A stretch of DNA of 30,220 bases from Tubiluchus corallicola (Eukaryota; Animalia; Priapulida). The notes beneath the pieces were generated by a model that was not told where the DNA came from, did no database searches, and saw only the letters and a list, made by a program, of their open reading frames with translations. Below, in pieces: positions 1 to 12,569 of the stretch; position 1 is the stretch's first letter, and each line of letters starts with the position of its first letter. The stretch spans positions 1-30,220 of the forward strand of contig JAQGDQ010001673.1 in the NCBI GenBank assembly GCA_030141605.1, read 5' to 3'. The position numbers and the translations under genes are program-made.

Positions 1-448
1 ACACTAAATTGCACTAAAATCTGTGGCATAAGGGTTTTTGCACCTGGAATGACCCTTTAACGCCAATTTACGCCTATAATGCCTCGTTGTAATGCCAGCT
101 TTTTTGCAGTCACAAAATAGGCGGCACAAAGAGTATGACACTAGTATAGTTTGACTATACTGTGAACTGAGAAAGGTCCATGCTTTTCCTTGCTTTTACC
201 TCAAATTGTTGCTTGTTTTTCATTTGAAGCTTTGCTTTCTGGATTATTTGATTGCTTGTTCCGGGAAGAACTGAATGAAAACTAATGAGTTGGTGATATT
301 AAACTGGTTATTTTTCTATAATTATAGCTAGCATGGCAAGTGGTGTAATACTCATTTATTTACCTAAAGTAACAAATGTATACCTACATGGCTACATTTA
401 TTTAATTTAGTGTCACTTCACTTGTGCAATACAGAAAAAGTAAGGATA

Positions 449-641
449 ATGTCTCTACCACCAGAACTTATTGGATTAGCTGATGTTGTGATAATGTTCA
501 AGTGCAGATATTGCACATTTGCTGCAAATCATGCTCAGGTGTTTCTTGCTCACCTGCAGAACTCGCACCAGTGGGCTACCTATCAGCAGGCATCGGTAGA
601 AGCACATTACACAAATTCTTCTGCACCAGCACAAAATCTAG
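449..641 (+). CDS. C2H2 zinc-finger protein, first coding exon (exon 411-641)
   Basis: Acceptor tttaatttAG at 409-410 and ATG at 449. Encodes FKCRYCTFAANHAQVFLAHLQNSH (C-x2-C-x12-H-x4-H). Phase-1 donor G|gtaaag at 642. Confidence 0.7.
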
Positions 642-1361
642 GTAAAGTTTTCATAATTCTGTTGTTATTAAGAATAAAATATTAATTTCTAGAAATCTCA
701 ATATTAATGGGAAATGCTAAACCCAGATCGATTATGTAAATTTTTTGCATTATCTATATTGCAAAAATAAGTACAAGATGTTTCAGCACAACTGACATTA
801 TCCAAAATTGTAAATCCAGTTAGCAAGCAGTACATATATGATATTACATGCTTAGCTAGAGAAACACGATCATACTTAAGCAGTTAATGTGATTCATACT
901 GCCACAAAGCTGTAATGGAATGTAATAGATAGGTTCAAATAAAGAGTTAAGGATTATAAAGCTGACCTATTAGTAACATGTTCTACATTGTTAAAACTTC
1001 CCATATATTCAATACACTATATACAATGATGATTAATAACATTGATCTATTACTGCTCTAGCTCAAAAGTGAAAACACAATTATTACTGTGCATATGTGT
1101 TTGAGCATTCTGAGTTTGTAATTTATTAGTAATTTTTGGGGTATTCAAATAGACATTTTGCTGTATTTTACAGTGTATAAAATTTTCAGTATTTTTTGTG
1201 GTTTACCGGTTTCCAGCTTCAAATCTGCTACTGGTACAAAAAAACATTTGGCTAACTTTCTAACTGTCCGACCACATATTTTAGTAACAGTTTACACCAT
1301 CTTAAAGTACAAAACCAACTTGGCTGGTACTTTGCAATAATAGGACATTTGTGCTTTGTAG

Positions 1362-1522
1362 GTGCTGTGGACTTACTGTCACCACAGTGTGAGATAAGCC
1401 AACAAGTCGCAAGACAACTCAATGGTAACGCAACTATACAAGGTACTGATGTTGCCTCTTCAAAAGCTACCCAACAGCTGTTTACCACGAACATTTTTGA
1501 GCATTCAGAGGGCCACATTACT
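1362..1522 (+). CDS. C2H2 zinc-finger protein, second coding exon (S/T/Q-rich linker)
   Basis: Acceptor tgctttgtAG at 1360-1361 is phase 1, matching the upstream donor. Open frame (G)AVDLLSPQ...GHIT, then donor gtaagt at 1523. Confidence 0.6.
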
Positions 1523-1907
1523 GTAAGTCTACAATAACAATAATCTTTATTTAAAGTCAACAATTAGGCCAGTAGCATAAATAGCGTTTTTATTTTTCGA
1601 AATTAATAAGTTTATCGTTGTTTTGAAAGAAGCACCTTATATTTATCAGTACAGGAAATACACTCACAGCTCAGTTTGCCAGACAAAAGCGGGGAGACAT
1701 CGGTGAGAAGTTGCCGAATGTCCGTATTTACCGATGCTAAGCTAATACGATAAACTCCGTGTATTTAACTCAAGGTAATGCAGAATGAAACGTCTAACTG
1801 TCTCAAAAACGTCTAGTACGCTTCTACGCAAAAGTATATAAAAACTGTTGGTAACTGACTCAAATAACTCTGCATAATTAACTCTATATTTATATATAGA
1901 GAGATAT

Positions 1908-2252
1908 TGTTGTGTTTTGTTTCTCTCGGAAGGCTCGTAGAGAAAACCAGAAAACACTTCGTCAGATTAAACTAGTTTATTATGCGTCAATTCTACAACA
2001 CAAAAGTATGAAGGAACGCGAAATGTTTACAGTAAACGTGAAAATTTGGAAAACGTTTAAGTGTATCTGAAAATGCAAGTATACAAGAGTATGTGTAAGT
2101 GACGTCCGTGTGAACCTGCGTTTGTCTGAGCGGCCTGCTTCGCCTTATATAGGGTGCCATGGAAGATTCTAGACGTTTCTTTCTAGAACATTCTACAAGG
2201 TAAGACGATTATTCTACCGGAATGTTCTACAATGTTCTATTTAATTCTAACA
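1908..2252 (-). mobile_element. Solo LTR (345 bp), copy 1
   Basis: Minus strand reads TGTTAGAATT...CACAACA (TG...CA termini) with internal TATATAA and AATAAA. A related copy is at 22185-22533. No clean TSD. Confidence 0.75.
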
Positions 2253-2443
2253 GATGCCAGCCATCTCCACAACAGATCTACACATGGTTACACTGATGTA
2301 ATGATTTAAACAAGTGATGCCTCTCCAACTAGCGGTCAGTTCACAAACCAACAGACTGTGTCTGTAGTATGCGACTTTTTAACGGACCAGATTTTGCCGG
2401 ATTCTTCCGATATCCGTAAAAACGAGGTCCAGCAAACCGAGAT
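2253..2443 (+). pseudogene. Possible degraded third exon of the zinc-finger gene
   Basis: More GC-balanced stretch reading DASHLHNRSTHGYTDVMI*TSDASPTSGQFTNQQ...EVQQTE with one in-frame TAA. Ends at donor gtgagt (2444); its 5' end abuts the LTR. Confidence 0.3.
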
Positions 2444-2481
2444 GTGAGTGTAGGTCTCTTTTCAAAGCAACAGCATAATAC

Positions 2482-2565
2482 CTGTGCATGAGCTTGGCTT
2501 CATTTCGCTCAATGTCAGTCCTAATGTCGTTACTCAGTGTCTCCAAATCAAGAGCCCCTCTTGCA
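2482..2565 (-). CDS. DNAH12: Axonemal dynein heavy chain (DNAH12-like), coding exon 6
   Basis: Acceptor tattttttcttatAG, phase 2/2. Encodes (R)ARGALDLETLSNDIRTDIERNEAKLMH, resembling recalled DNAH12 RAKGPIDCESLKTDL...EEKIM. Donor ag|gtatta. Confidence 0.75.
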
Positions 2566-2597
2566 CTATAAGAAAAAATATAATTGTCATAAACATG

Positions 2598-3863
2598 CTC
2601 AAAAGATAAAGTCAGGTGGACAAGCTAAGTGATTAATTATGATGACCACGCTCAAAAGATAAAGTCAGGTGGACAAGCTAAGTGATTAATTGTGATGACC
2701 TCACCCAAAAGATAAAGTCAGGTGGACAACCTAAATGATTAATTATGATGACCTCGCCCAGAAGATAAAGTCAGGTGAACAAGCTAAGTGATTAATTATG
2801 ATGACCTCGTTCAACAGATAAAGTCAGGTGAACAAGCTAAGTGATTAATTATGATGACCTCGCCCAAAAGATAAAGTCAGGTGAACAAGCTAAGTGATTA
2901 ATTATGATGACCTCGTTCAACAGATAAAGTCAGGTGAACAAGCTAAGTGATTAATTATGATGACCACGCCCAAAAGATAAAGTCAGGTGAACAAGCTAAG
3001 TGATTAATTGTGACGACCTCGCCCAAAAGATAAAGTCAGGTGGACAAGATAAGTGATTAATTATGATGACCTCGCTCAAAAGATGAAGTCAGGTGGACAA
3101 GCTAATTGATTAATTGTGATGACCTCGTTCAAAAGATGAAGTCAGGTGGACAACCTAAGTGATTAATTATGATGACCTCGCTCAACGGATAAAGTCAGGT
3201 GGACAAGCTAATTGATTAATTGTGATGAGCTCGGTCAAAAGATGAAGTCAGGTGGACAAGCTAAGTGATTAATTGTGATGACCTCGCCCAAAAGATAAAG
3301 TCAGGTGGACAAGCTAAGTGATTAATTGTGATGACCTTGCCCAAAAGATAAAGTCAGGTGGACAAGCTAAGTGATTAATTGTGATGACCTCGCCCAAAAG
3401 ATAAAGTCAGGTGGACAAGCTAAGTGATTAATTATGATGACCTTGCCCAAAAGATAAAGTCAGGTGGACAAGCTAATTGATTAATTATGATGACCTCTCT
3501 CAAAAGATAAAGTCAGGTGAACAAGCTAAGTGATTAATTATGATGACCTTGCCCAAAAGATAAAGTCAGGTGGACAAGCTAAGTGATTAATTATGATGAC
3601 CATGCCCAAAAGATAAAGTCAGGTGGACAAACTAAGTGATTAATTATGATGACCTCGCCCAAAAGATAAAGTCAGGTGGACAAGGTAAGTGATTAATTAT
3701 GATGACCTCGCCCAAAAGATGAAGTCAGGTGAACAACCTAAGTGATTAATTATGATGACCACACCCAAAATATAAAGTCAGGTGGACAAGGTAAGTGATT
3801 ATTTGTGATGACCTCGCCCAAAAGATAAAGTCAGGTGGACAACATAAGTGATTAATTATGATG
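2598..3863. repeat. 53-bp minisatellite, ~24 copies
   Basis: Unit caaaagataaagtcaggtggacaagctaagtgattaattatgatgacctcgcc; period measured 2600 to 2653. Confidence 0.97.
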
Positions 3864-4275
3864 ATGATGATCAAAGATTCCCACCCCACTAGAATAAAAA
3901 AAGCCTATCCATTCAGTGACAAGGCCTTTAAATTATATTTTTGAATTTTTATGCATTACATTCATTTCACTTTCCATTTTGTTTAACTATTACAATAGTC
4001 TATCTGAATAAACAAAGCAATAAAGTGTATCTTTTCCACATTCACTCTAGTACTTCCTCTGAAGAAAGCTTAGTCAAGTCGGCAAGCAAGTCAAATGTTT
4101 TATTGTAATGACGTATTTAGATAATTCCTACATAGCCGTCTTAACGCATGGGCATGCCGGGCAGTTGCCCTGGAGACACACGAGCATCGGTGCCTCATGC
4201 TTAAGACTGAAACTTGTAAAAATCGGCTTCGTAGGACAATGAGGCAGCAGGGTTTAAACTGGCTTTCACTCATGT

Positions 4276-5071
<796 letters not shown>

Positions 5072-5254
5072 CTAATGTGTATGGAAGATCACACACTGAA
5101 GACTATTGACTTCAATGCAATTATAAAGCATTTCTCTGCAAAAAAGTGTCACAAATATTTGCATTGAATGCTTTATTAACGAAAAATAGTAATTTCATAC
5201 TGTGCCTTCTTCATCTGTATGCTTTATCAATTGAGTATCATTTATATGATGAAT

Positions 5255-5580
5255 ATTTTTTGTTTTTCAAGGCTCATGTTGTATTGTTCAAATGTTTGTG
5301 TTCACTAATATTTATATTTTGAAATTTTTGTGTTTTTTAAGTCTCATGTTGTATTGTTCAAATGTTTGTGTTCACTAATATTTATATTTGGAAATTTTTG
5401 TGTTTTTAAGGCTCAGCTTATATTGTTCAAATGTTTGTGCTCACTAATATTTATATTTTGAAATTTTTGTGTTTTTAAGGCTCAGGTTGTATGCTCAAAT
5501 GTTTGGGTTCACTAATATTTATATTTTGAAATTTTTGTATTTTTCAAGGCTCATGTTGTATTGTTCATGTGTTCATTAAT
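5255..5580. repeat. ~69-70-bp AT-rich tandem repeat, ~4.5 copies
   Basis: Units aaggctcatgttgtattgttcaaatgtttgtgttcactaatattt... start at about 5269, 5339, 5408, 5477 and 5546. Lies just 3' of the hAT relic, so possibly subterminal repeats. Confidence 0.9.
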
Positions 5581-5702
5581 CTTTGCTGTACAGCATGTTT
5601 TTTAATGTTTAAACACTGATTTAGCTGGAAGTACCAATGCAATAAATATATGTTTCATTTTATCGACCATTTACATTTTTATTCCTGTGAGCAGTTACGT
5701 AG

Positions 5703-7557
5703 ATACAGGCCTCATTGCACAGCTTTGCCCAGAGGTCTACAATGCTGTTAAGACTGCACTCAGCTTCTACAGCCTCAGTGCACAGCTTTGCCCAGAGGTC
5801 TACAATGCTGTTAAGACTGCACTCAGCTTCTACAGCCTCATTGCACAGCTTTGCCCAGAGGTCTACAATGCTGTTAAGACTGCACTCAGCTTCTACAGCC
5901 TCAGTGCACAGCTTTGCCCAGAAGTCTACAATGCTGTTAAGACTGCATTCAGCTTCTACAGCCTCAGTGCACAGCTTTGCCCAGAGGTCTACAATGCTGT
6001 TAAGACTGCACTCAGGTTCTACAGCCTCATTGCACAGCTTTGCCCAGAGGTCTACAATGCTGTTAAGACTGCATTCAGCTTCTACAGCCTCAGTGCACAG
6101 CTTTGCCCAGAGGTCTACAATGCTGTTAAGACTGCACTCAGGTTCTACAGCCTCATTGCACAGCTTTGCCCAGAGGTCTACAATGCTGTTAAGACTGCAC
6201 TCAGCTTCTACAGCCCCATTGCACAGCTTTGCCCAGAGGTCTACAATGCTGTTAAGACTGCACTCAGCTTCTACAGCCTCAGTGCACCTTTGCCCAGGGT
6301 CTACAATGCTGTTAAGCTGCACTCAGCTTCTACAGCCTCATTGCACAGCTTTGCCCAGAGGTCTAAAATGCTGTTAAGACTGCACTCAGCTTCTACAGCC
6401 TCAGTGCACATTTGGGTTTGTGTGGTTGGTGCACAGCTTTGCCCAGAGGTCTACAATGCTGTTAAGACTGCACTCAGGTTCTACAGCCTCATTGCACAGC
6501 TTTGCCCAGAGGTCTACAATGCTGTTAAGACACTCAGCTTCTACAGCCCCATTGCACAGCTTTGCCCAGAGGTCTACAATGCTGTTAAGACTGCACTCAG
6601 CTTCTACAGCCTCATTGCACAGCTTTGCCCAGAGGTCTACAATGCTGTTAAGACTGCACTCAGCCTCTACAGCCTCAGTGCACAGCTTTGCCTAGAGGTC
6701 TACAATGCTGTTAAGACTGCACTCAGGTTCTACAGCCTCATTGCACAGCTTTGCCCAGAGGTCTACAATGCTGTTAAGACTGCACTCAGCCTCTACAGCC
6801 TCAGTGCACAGCTTTGCCCAGAGGTCTACAATGCTGTTAAGACTGCACTCAGCCTCTACAGCCTCAGTGCACAGCTTTGCCCAGAGGTCTACAATGCTGT
6901 TAAGACTGCACTCAGGTTCTACAGCCTCATTGCACAGCTTTGCCCAGAGGTCCACAATGCTGTTAAGACTGCACTCAGCTTCTACAACCTCATTGCACAG
7001 CTTTGCCCAGAGGTCTACAATGCTGTTAAGACTGCACTCAGCTTCTACAGCCTCATTGCACAGCTTTGCCCAGAGGTCTACAATGCTGTTAAGACTGCAC
7101 TCAGGTTCTACAACCTCATTGCACAGCTTTGACCAGAGGTCTACAATGCTGTTAAGACTGCACTCAGGTTCTACAGCCTCATTGCACAGCTTTGACCAGA
7201 GGTCTACAATGCTGTTAAGACTGCACTCAGCTTCTACAGCCTCAGTGCACAGCTTTGCCCAGAGGTCTACAATGCTGTTAAGACTGCACTCAGCTTCTAC
7301 AGCCTCAGTGCATAGCTTTGCCCAGAGGTCTACAATGCTGTTAAGACTGCACTCAGCCTCTACAGCCTCAGTGCACAGCTTTGCCCAGAGGTCTACAATG
7401 CTGTTAAGACTGCACTCAGGTTCTACAGCCTCAGTGCACAGCTTTGCCCAGAGGTCTACAATGCTGTTAAGATTGCACTCAGGTTCTACAACCTCATTGT
7501 ACAGCTTTGCCCAGAAGTCTACAATGCTGTTAAGACTGCACTCAGCTTCTACAGCCT
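5703..7557. repeat. 63-bp minisatellite, ~29 copies
   Basis: Unit tacagcctcattgcacagctttgcccagaggtctacaatgctgttaagactgcactcagcttc; highly homogeneous, with small indels around 6285-6530. Confidence 0.98.
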
Positions 7558-7667
7558 TATTCACTTATGATCTCGAAAGCAAAATGATTTCTTTGTTTAA
7601 ATTCCCTCAACAATTTCCAAAACAGAAATATATTGAAAGAAAAGTAACATGAAATTTAAATAAGTGT

Positions 7668-7713
7668 GAGCTTGGATTTGAACCATGAAACTTAGGATTG
7701 CAAGTCCAATGCC
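7668..7713 (-). mobile_element. Possible tRNA-derived SINE head remnant
   Basis: Minus strand ggcattggacttgcaatcctaagtttcatGGTTCAAATCCaagctc has an anticodon-arm-like stem and a B-box. No full cloverleaf. Confidence 0.3.
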
Positions 7714-8793
7714 AGGACAAATAATGTGCAAAACCAAAATAATCTAGCACGCCTTAAACACACTTTAGAGACGTTTTAATTATGCATTAAACCATGACTA
7801 GATGTAACACAGGTAGAACCTGCTTATTAATTTTTAATTAATGAAGCCAAGTCTTCAGTAATTAACTGTACATGTAGATTTGTTCTAAAACATGATGCTG
7901 GTGATTTAATGTGTGCGGCAGTGATAAAATGAACAACTCATTTCAGTTCAAAAGCAAATTAAAATGAATATATAGTGCGTCTTGTAAAGACATGCACTGA
8001 TATTGATCTTACCAATAATGACCGATCGTAAAAGTTATTTTGATTGAAAATGCTTTGATTCCACAGAATAAAATCCTTCACGAATCTTAATAGAAAATTC
8101 CCTAATAAACTTGTTTATGCAGCTGAGTTTAATGCTTCCGAGAATGACAGGCAATCAATGAACCAATCAGGCAAAGTGATCATCTGATTTATGCAACTCA
8201 ACGACAAATAAAACTGAAAATAACAACGAGAAGTTTGCTGAATAAGGAATGGGATTGCGGAGGATTTATAAAGGGTTTCGATTGGCATATGCTCTGGAAT
8301 TAATAAGTACGATGAGTACACTTTATATGGTGACTGTGCAGAGAGGTTACACGACATTAAACGTTATCATAGAATGATGGGCGTACTTGATCATTTCAGT
8401 ACCACATTGAAAGGCTAGTGTGGCCTAACTTAGTGCACCCTTTCAACATGCATCCGCAACACGACCTGCACGTGACCACAAATTAAAATGGTCACAGTAG
8501 TTGCAGAACAAGCTGTTCTACAAGCAGATGCACTAGTCAATGTTTTGCTGAGGCCAGTGTTCACTGTTCAGATGTGCAAACTGAAAAACTGAAACAGTAA
8601 CATCTGAATGTCATCTGTCGTGGAAAACTGGTGACATGAGTAATCAGTTTGTACAGTAGAAAAAATGAAATGCAGCATCCGTTAAAGAATCTCGTAATGG
8701 AAGTGTTGTGTTCAATAATTCAGTAAACTGCAGCATTGAAGAGAGCCGTCAACACAACGTAGTAGCCACTGAAAAGAAGAGTCTTGCAAAATC

Positions 8794-9313
8794 ATGGTTT
8801 CGTTTTATTTGGTTACATTTCTTCATCTTCTGGCTGCCATGACGTTAGTGAAAACCACGACTTGTACAGACACGCAACTAAGTGAAGACATTAAGATCAT
8901 GCAAGAGACAATCACAGCACAGCTTGCAATGGCCACGCAACAGATCAGCACGACGGTAACCAGTGCGGTACAAAGCCAATGTTTGCAACAGACGGTTAAA
9001 AATCGTCTACAGGACATCGGCGACAAACTGGACAAAATTCTTGACAAATTGGCTAAGCAAGAAATTCCATCATCCTCTTACTTGCCACGAGGTGGTGCTG
9101 GAGTGTCCGCTTTAACACCCAGCTGTCCACATGGCTTCATGAGAATTAAAAATTTCGGCTGCTTCAAGATATTTATGGACGAGGGAGACGAAAAGACGTG
9201 GGCTGGAGCTAAGGAAAGGTGTGCCGAGCTCGGAGCTTCACTCGTGTCAGTTGAATCAAGAGACAAACAGAGCGGTCTTCAAGCAGCACTGACCGACATC
9301 GGATTTCTTGGAA
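8794..9313 (+). CDS. Secreted C-type lectin, exon 1 (signal peptide, helical neck, start of long-form CTLD)
   Basis: Hydrophobic N-terminus and heptad-like LQDIGDKLDKILDKL. CTLD motifs CPHGF...GCFKIF...KTWAGAKERCAELGASLVSVES. Phase-1 donor a|gtaagt at 9314. Confidence 0.9.
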
Positions 9314-9391
9314 GTAAGTATGCACTCTCAGTCAGTACTATTAAAGAAAAGCGTGCTTGTATTGAAAATGCATGTATTTCATGTTCCTTAG

Positions 9392-9751
9392 GTTGTTGGC
9401 ATCCTTCTGTCTCGAAAGACAATGGATTGTGCGCCAAGAGAATCAGTTATTAATGAAATTAATGGAGCTGCAGCGTCGACTATGACTGAGCAGTCCGATC
9501 CTTGAGCGGCAGTTCCGGCTGCAGGTTGCACAATGGAAGGCTGTTTCATCCGGGTGAGGTAGGGCATCTTTCTGATGCCTGCGAGTCCTTTTATCTTCCT
9601 CCCTCGTTTTCTCCACTCTATTGATGGTTGTCCTAACAGCAGATTTCCAGTTGCTTCGATCTGCCGCAAGCGCCTCGTAATTTGCTGGTGTAATGCTGCC
9701 TGCCTTGAGGTCCCATTTACATACATCTTTGTAGCGGAGCAGTGGCCTCGC
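9392..9751 (-). mobile_element. 5'-truncated RTE-clade LINE (3' end of ORF plus 3' UTR) in the lectin intron
   Basis: RPLLRYKDVCKWDLK...EALAADRSNWKSAV...FHCATCSRNCRSRIGLLSHSRRC is the typical C-terminus of RTE/BovB-like elements. Short caa-repeat tail. Confidence 0.85.
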
Positions 9752-9993
9752 TATATTCCGAAGACAAAGAAACAAAAGGACGGCAGGACGAAGAAACTTA
9801 GAGCAACATTTTGCTGTATGAAATACCAAGAGATTTCTTTAGTGAAAGTAAAATTTCAAAACAATTTTATGACTGAGAAAGTCATGTTGGAGGTTGTAGA
9901 TGAATCACTTTGTAGAAAAAGAATAAACAACTATACTACATATTTGCACAAAACTGAAAAGCGTTTATTAGACTACATACACATGAGTAAAAT

Positions 9994-10182
9994 GACTGCT
10001 GCACAGAACACTGTGAAAGAGAGTGTCCTGCGCTGAACACTGAGAGTTAGACAGTAGCACGACTGCTGCACGGCACTGAGAGTTAGACAGTAAGTAACAT
10101 GAGTATCACGACTGCTGTACTGCACTGAGAGTGTGAGTTAGACAGTAGCACGACTGCTGCACGGCACTGAGAGTGAGACAGT
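9994..10182. repeat. Short degenerate tandem repeat, ~4 copies
   Basis: Recurring gactgctgcac..cactgagagttagacagta. Confidence 0.75.
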
Positions 10183-10684
10183 GACTAGAAAGTAAATCCA
10201 GTCAGTATATATAGGTATAGGTGATTATGCAAACTTGGCTTCACAAAAACCATTACTGTGAAATAGGGAGAGATCCGGTGAAGATGCATTCACTGGACCG
10301 TACAATTATACTAGGGGTGAGTTTAGCTAGTAAAATGTAAAAGGATTAGTTCAAAGATGGCAGCACCTAAAAATATACAGTTACAATTTCCACAATGACG
10401 GCACCGCAGCTGATGAAAGGATATTTGCTTCTAAGTACTGTTGATATAGTTTTCCATATAGTTTGTTGATACTATTCTATAGTTTTCAATCCGCAGATAA
10501 TGTAATTAGTTCTTAGGAGAAACCTTTAAAGAGGCCTGCCTTGCTTTTGTGGCATTATGCGTGGGTGGTTGAGCATTTTCAGCATCAGAATTGCTGACTC
10601 CAGCCACGCTGTTAAAAGTTGATTGGCACATATTTCAAAACAAAGCTCAACTCTTTCAGGGAAATTTCCGCTTGTTCTTTGCAG

Positions 10685-10899
10685 TTTGGTGGACGGGTGG
10701 AAATGACCAAGACCAGGACGGTGTGTTTGTCTGGGATAAAACTGGACAAGCACTGCGAGTGGGTTACAGCAATTGGGGGCGTGGCCAACCACGAAATAGT
10801 GATGGACAAAGTCGGTGCGTGAACATGGTCAGTTACATGTCGTTCAAATGGGAAGCCCGTGACTGCAATGCACATTATTATCCAATATGTGAAATGTAA
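10685..10899 (+). CDS. Secreted C-type lectin, exon 2 (rest of CTLD); spliced product ~244 aa
   Basis: Acceptor ttgttctttgcAG at 10683-10684, phase 1. Encodes (I)WWTGGNDQDQDGVFVW...YSNWGRGQPRN...CV...WEARDCNAHYYPICEM*. Confidence 0.9.
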
Positions 10900-12569
10900 A
10901 TTCATGGTTTATGTCACAATGCATTTAGTGTCCAACTATGAAATGTAAATTCATGGTTTATGTTGCAATGCATTTAGTGTCCAACTATGAAACGTAAATT
11001 CATGGTTTATGTTGCAATGCATTTAGTATCCAACTATGAAATGTAAATTCATGGTTTATGTTGCAATGCATTTAGTGTCCAACTATGAATGTAAATTCAT
11101 GGTTTATGTTGCAATGCATTTAGTGTCCAACTATGAAATGTAAATTCATGGTTTATGTTGCAATGCATTTAGCGTCCAACTATGAATGTAAATTCATGGT
11201 TTATGTTGCAATGCATTTAGTGTCCAACTATGAAATGTAAACTCATGGTTTATGTCACAATGCATTTAGTGTCCAACTATGAAACGTAAATTCATGGTTT
11301 ATGTCACAATGCATTTAGTGTCCAACTATGAAATGTAAATTCATGGTTTATGTTGCAATGCACATTGGTATCTGACTATGACATGTAAATTCATGGTTTT
11401 TGTCACAATGCATTAATGTCCAACTATGAAATGTAAATTCATGGTTTATGTCACAATGCATTTAGTGTCCAACTATGAAATGTAAATTCATGGTTTATGT
11501 TGCAATGCACATTAGTATCTGACTATGACATGTAAATTCAATGTTTATGTTGCAATGCACATTATTATCCAATATGTGAAATGTAAATTCATGGTTGATG
11601 TCACAATGCATTTAGTGTCCAACTATGAAATGTAAATTCATGGTTTATGTCACAATGCATTTAGTGTCCAACTATGAAATGTAAATTCATGGTTTATGTT
11701 GCAATGCATTTAGGGTATAACTATGAAATGTAAATTCATGGTTTATGTCACAATGCATTTAGTGTCAAACTATGAAACGTAAATTCATGGTTTATGTCAC
11801 AATGCATTTAGTGTCCAACTATGAAATGTAAATTCATGGTTTATGTCACAATGCATTTAGTGTCGAACTATGAAACGTAAATTCATGGTTTATGTCACAA
11901 TGCATTTAGTGTCCAACTATGAAATGTAAATTCATGGTTTATGTTGCAATGCACATTATTATCCAAATGTCAAACATAAATTCGTGGTTTATGTCACAAT
12001 GCATTTAGTGTCCAACTATGAAATGTAAATTCAATGTTTATGTTGCAATGCACATTATTATCCAATATGTGAAATGTAAATTCATGGTTTATGTTGCAAT
12101 GCACATTAGTATCTGACTATGACATGTAAATTCAATGTTTATGTTGCAATGCACATCATTATCCAAATGTCAAACATAAATTCATGGTTTATGTCACAAT
12201 GCATTTAGTGTCCAACTATGATATGTAAATTCATGGTTTATGTAGCAATGCACATTAGTATCTGACTATGACATGTAATTTCAATGTTTATGTTGCAATG
12301 CACATCATTATCCAATATGTGAAATGTAAATTCATGGTTTATGTCACAATGCATTTAGTGTCCAATTATGAAATGTAAATTCATGGTTTGTGTTGCAATG
12401 TACGTTAGTATCTGACTATGACATGTAAATTTATGGTTTACGTCGCAATGCACATAATTATCAAAATGTCAAATGTAAATTCATAGTATATGATGTAATG
12501 CACATTAGTATCTGGCTATGAAATGTAAATTCAATGTTTATGTTGCAATGCATTAAGCATCCAACCGTG
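10864..12569 (+). repeat. 49-53-bp minisatellite (~34 copies) homologous to the lectin's last codons and stop
   Basis: Unit caatgcatttagtgtccaactatgaaatgtaaattcatggtttatgt(ca/tg); period 10891, 10940, 10989. The first unit is the end of the CDS. Confidence 0.95.

Noticed and set aside
1640-1905. Helitron with a TCTCTCTATATATA-like 5' end on the minus strand
   Set aside because: No matching 3' hairpin plus CTAG terminus was found.
4059-4100. Hammerhead ribozyme core (ctgaaga...gctt...aagc)
   Set aside because: No GAAA follows stem II and stems I and III are not convincing.
9314-9453. Tail of the 219-aa lectin ORF
   Set aside because: It reads through a strong GTAAGT donor; the CTLD is completed by the exon at 10685.
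9443-9829. 128-aa ORF with a CxxC...H finger as a host zinc-finger gene
   Set aside because: The motifs are those of an RTE LINE C-terminus.
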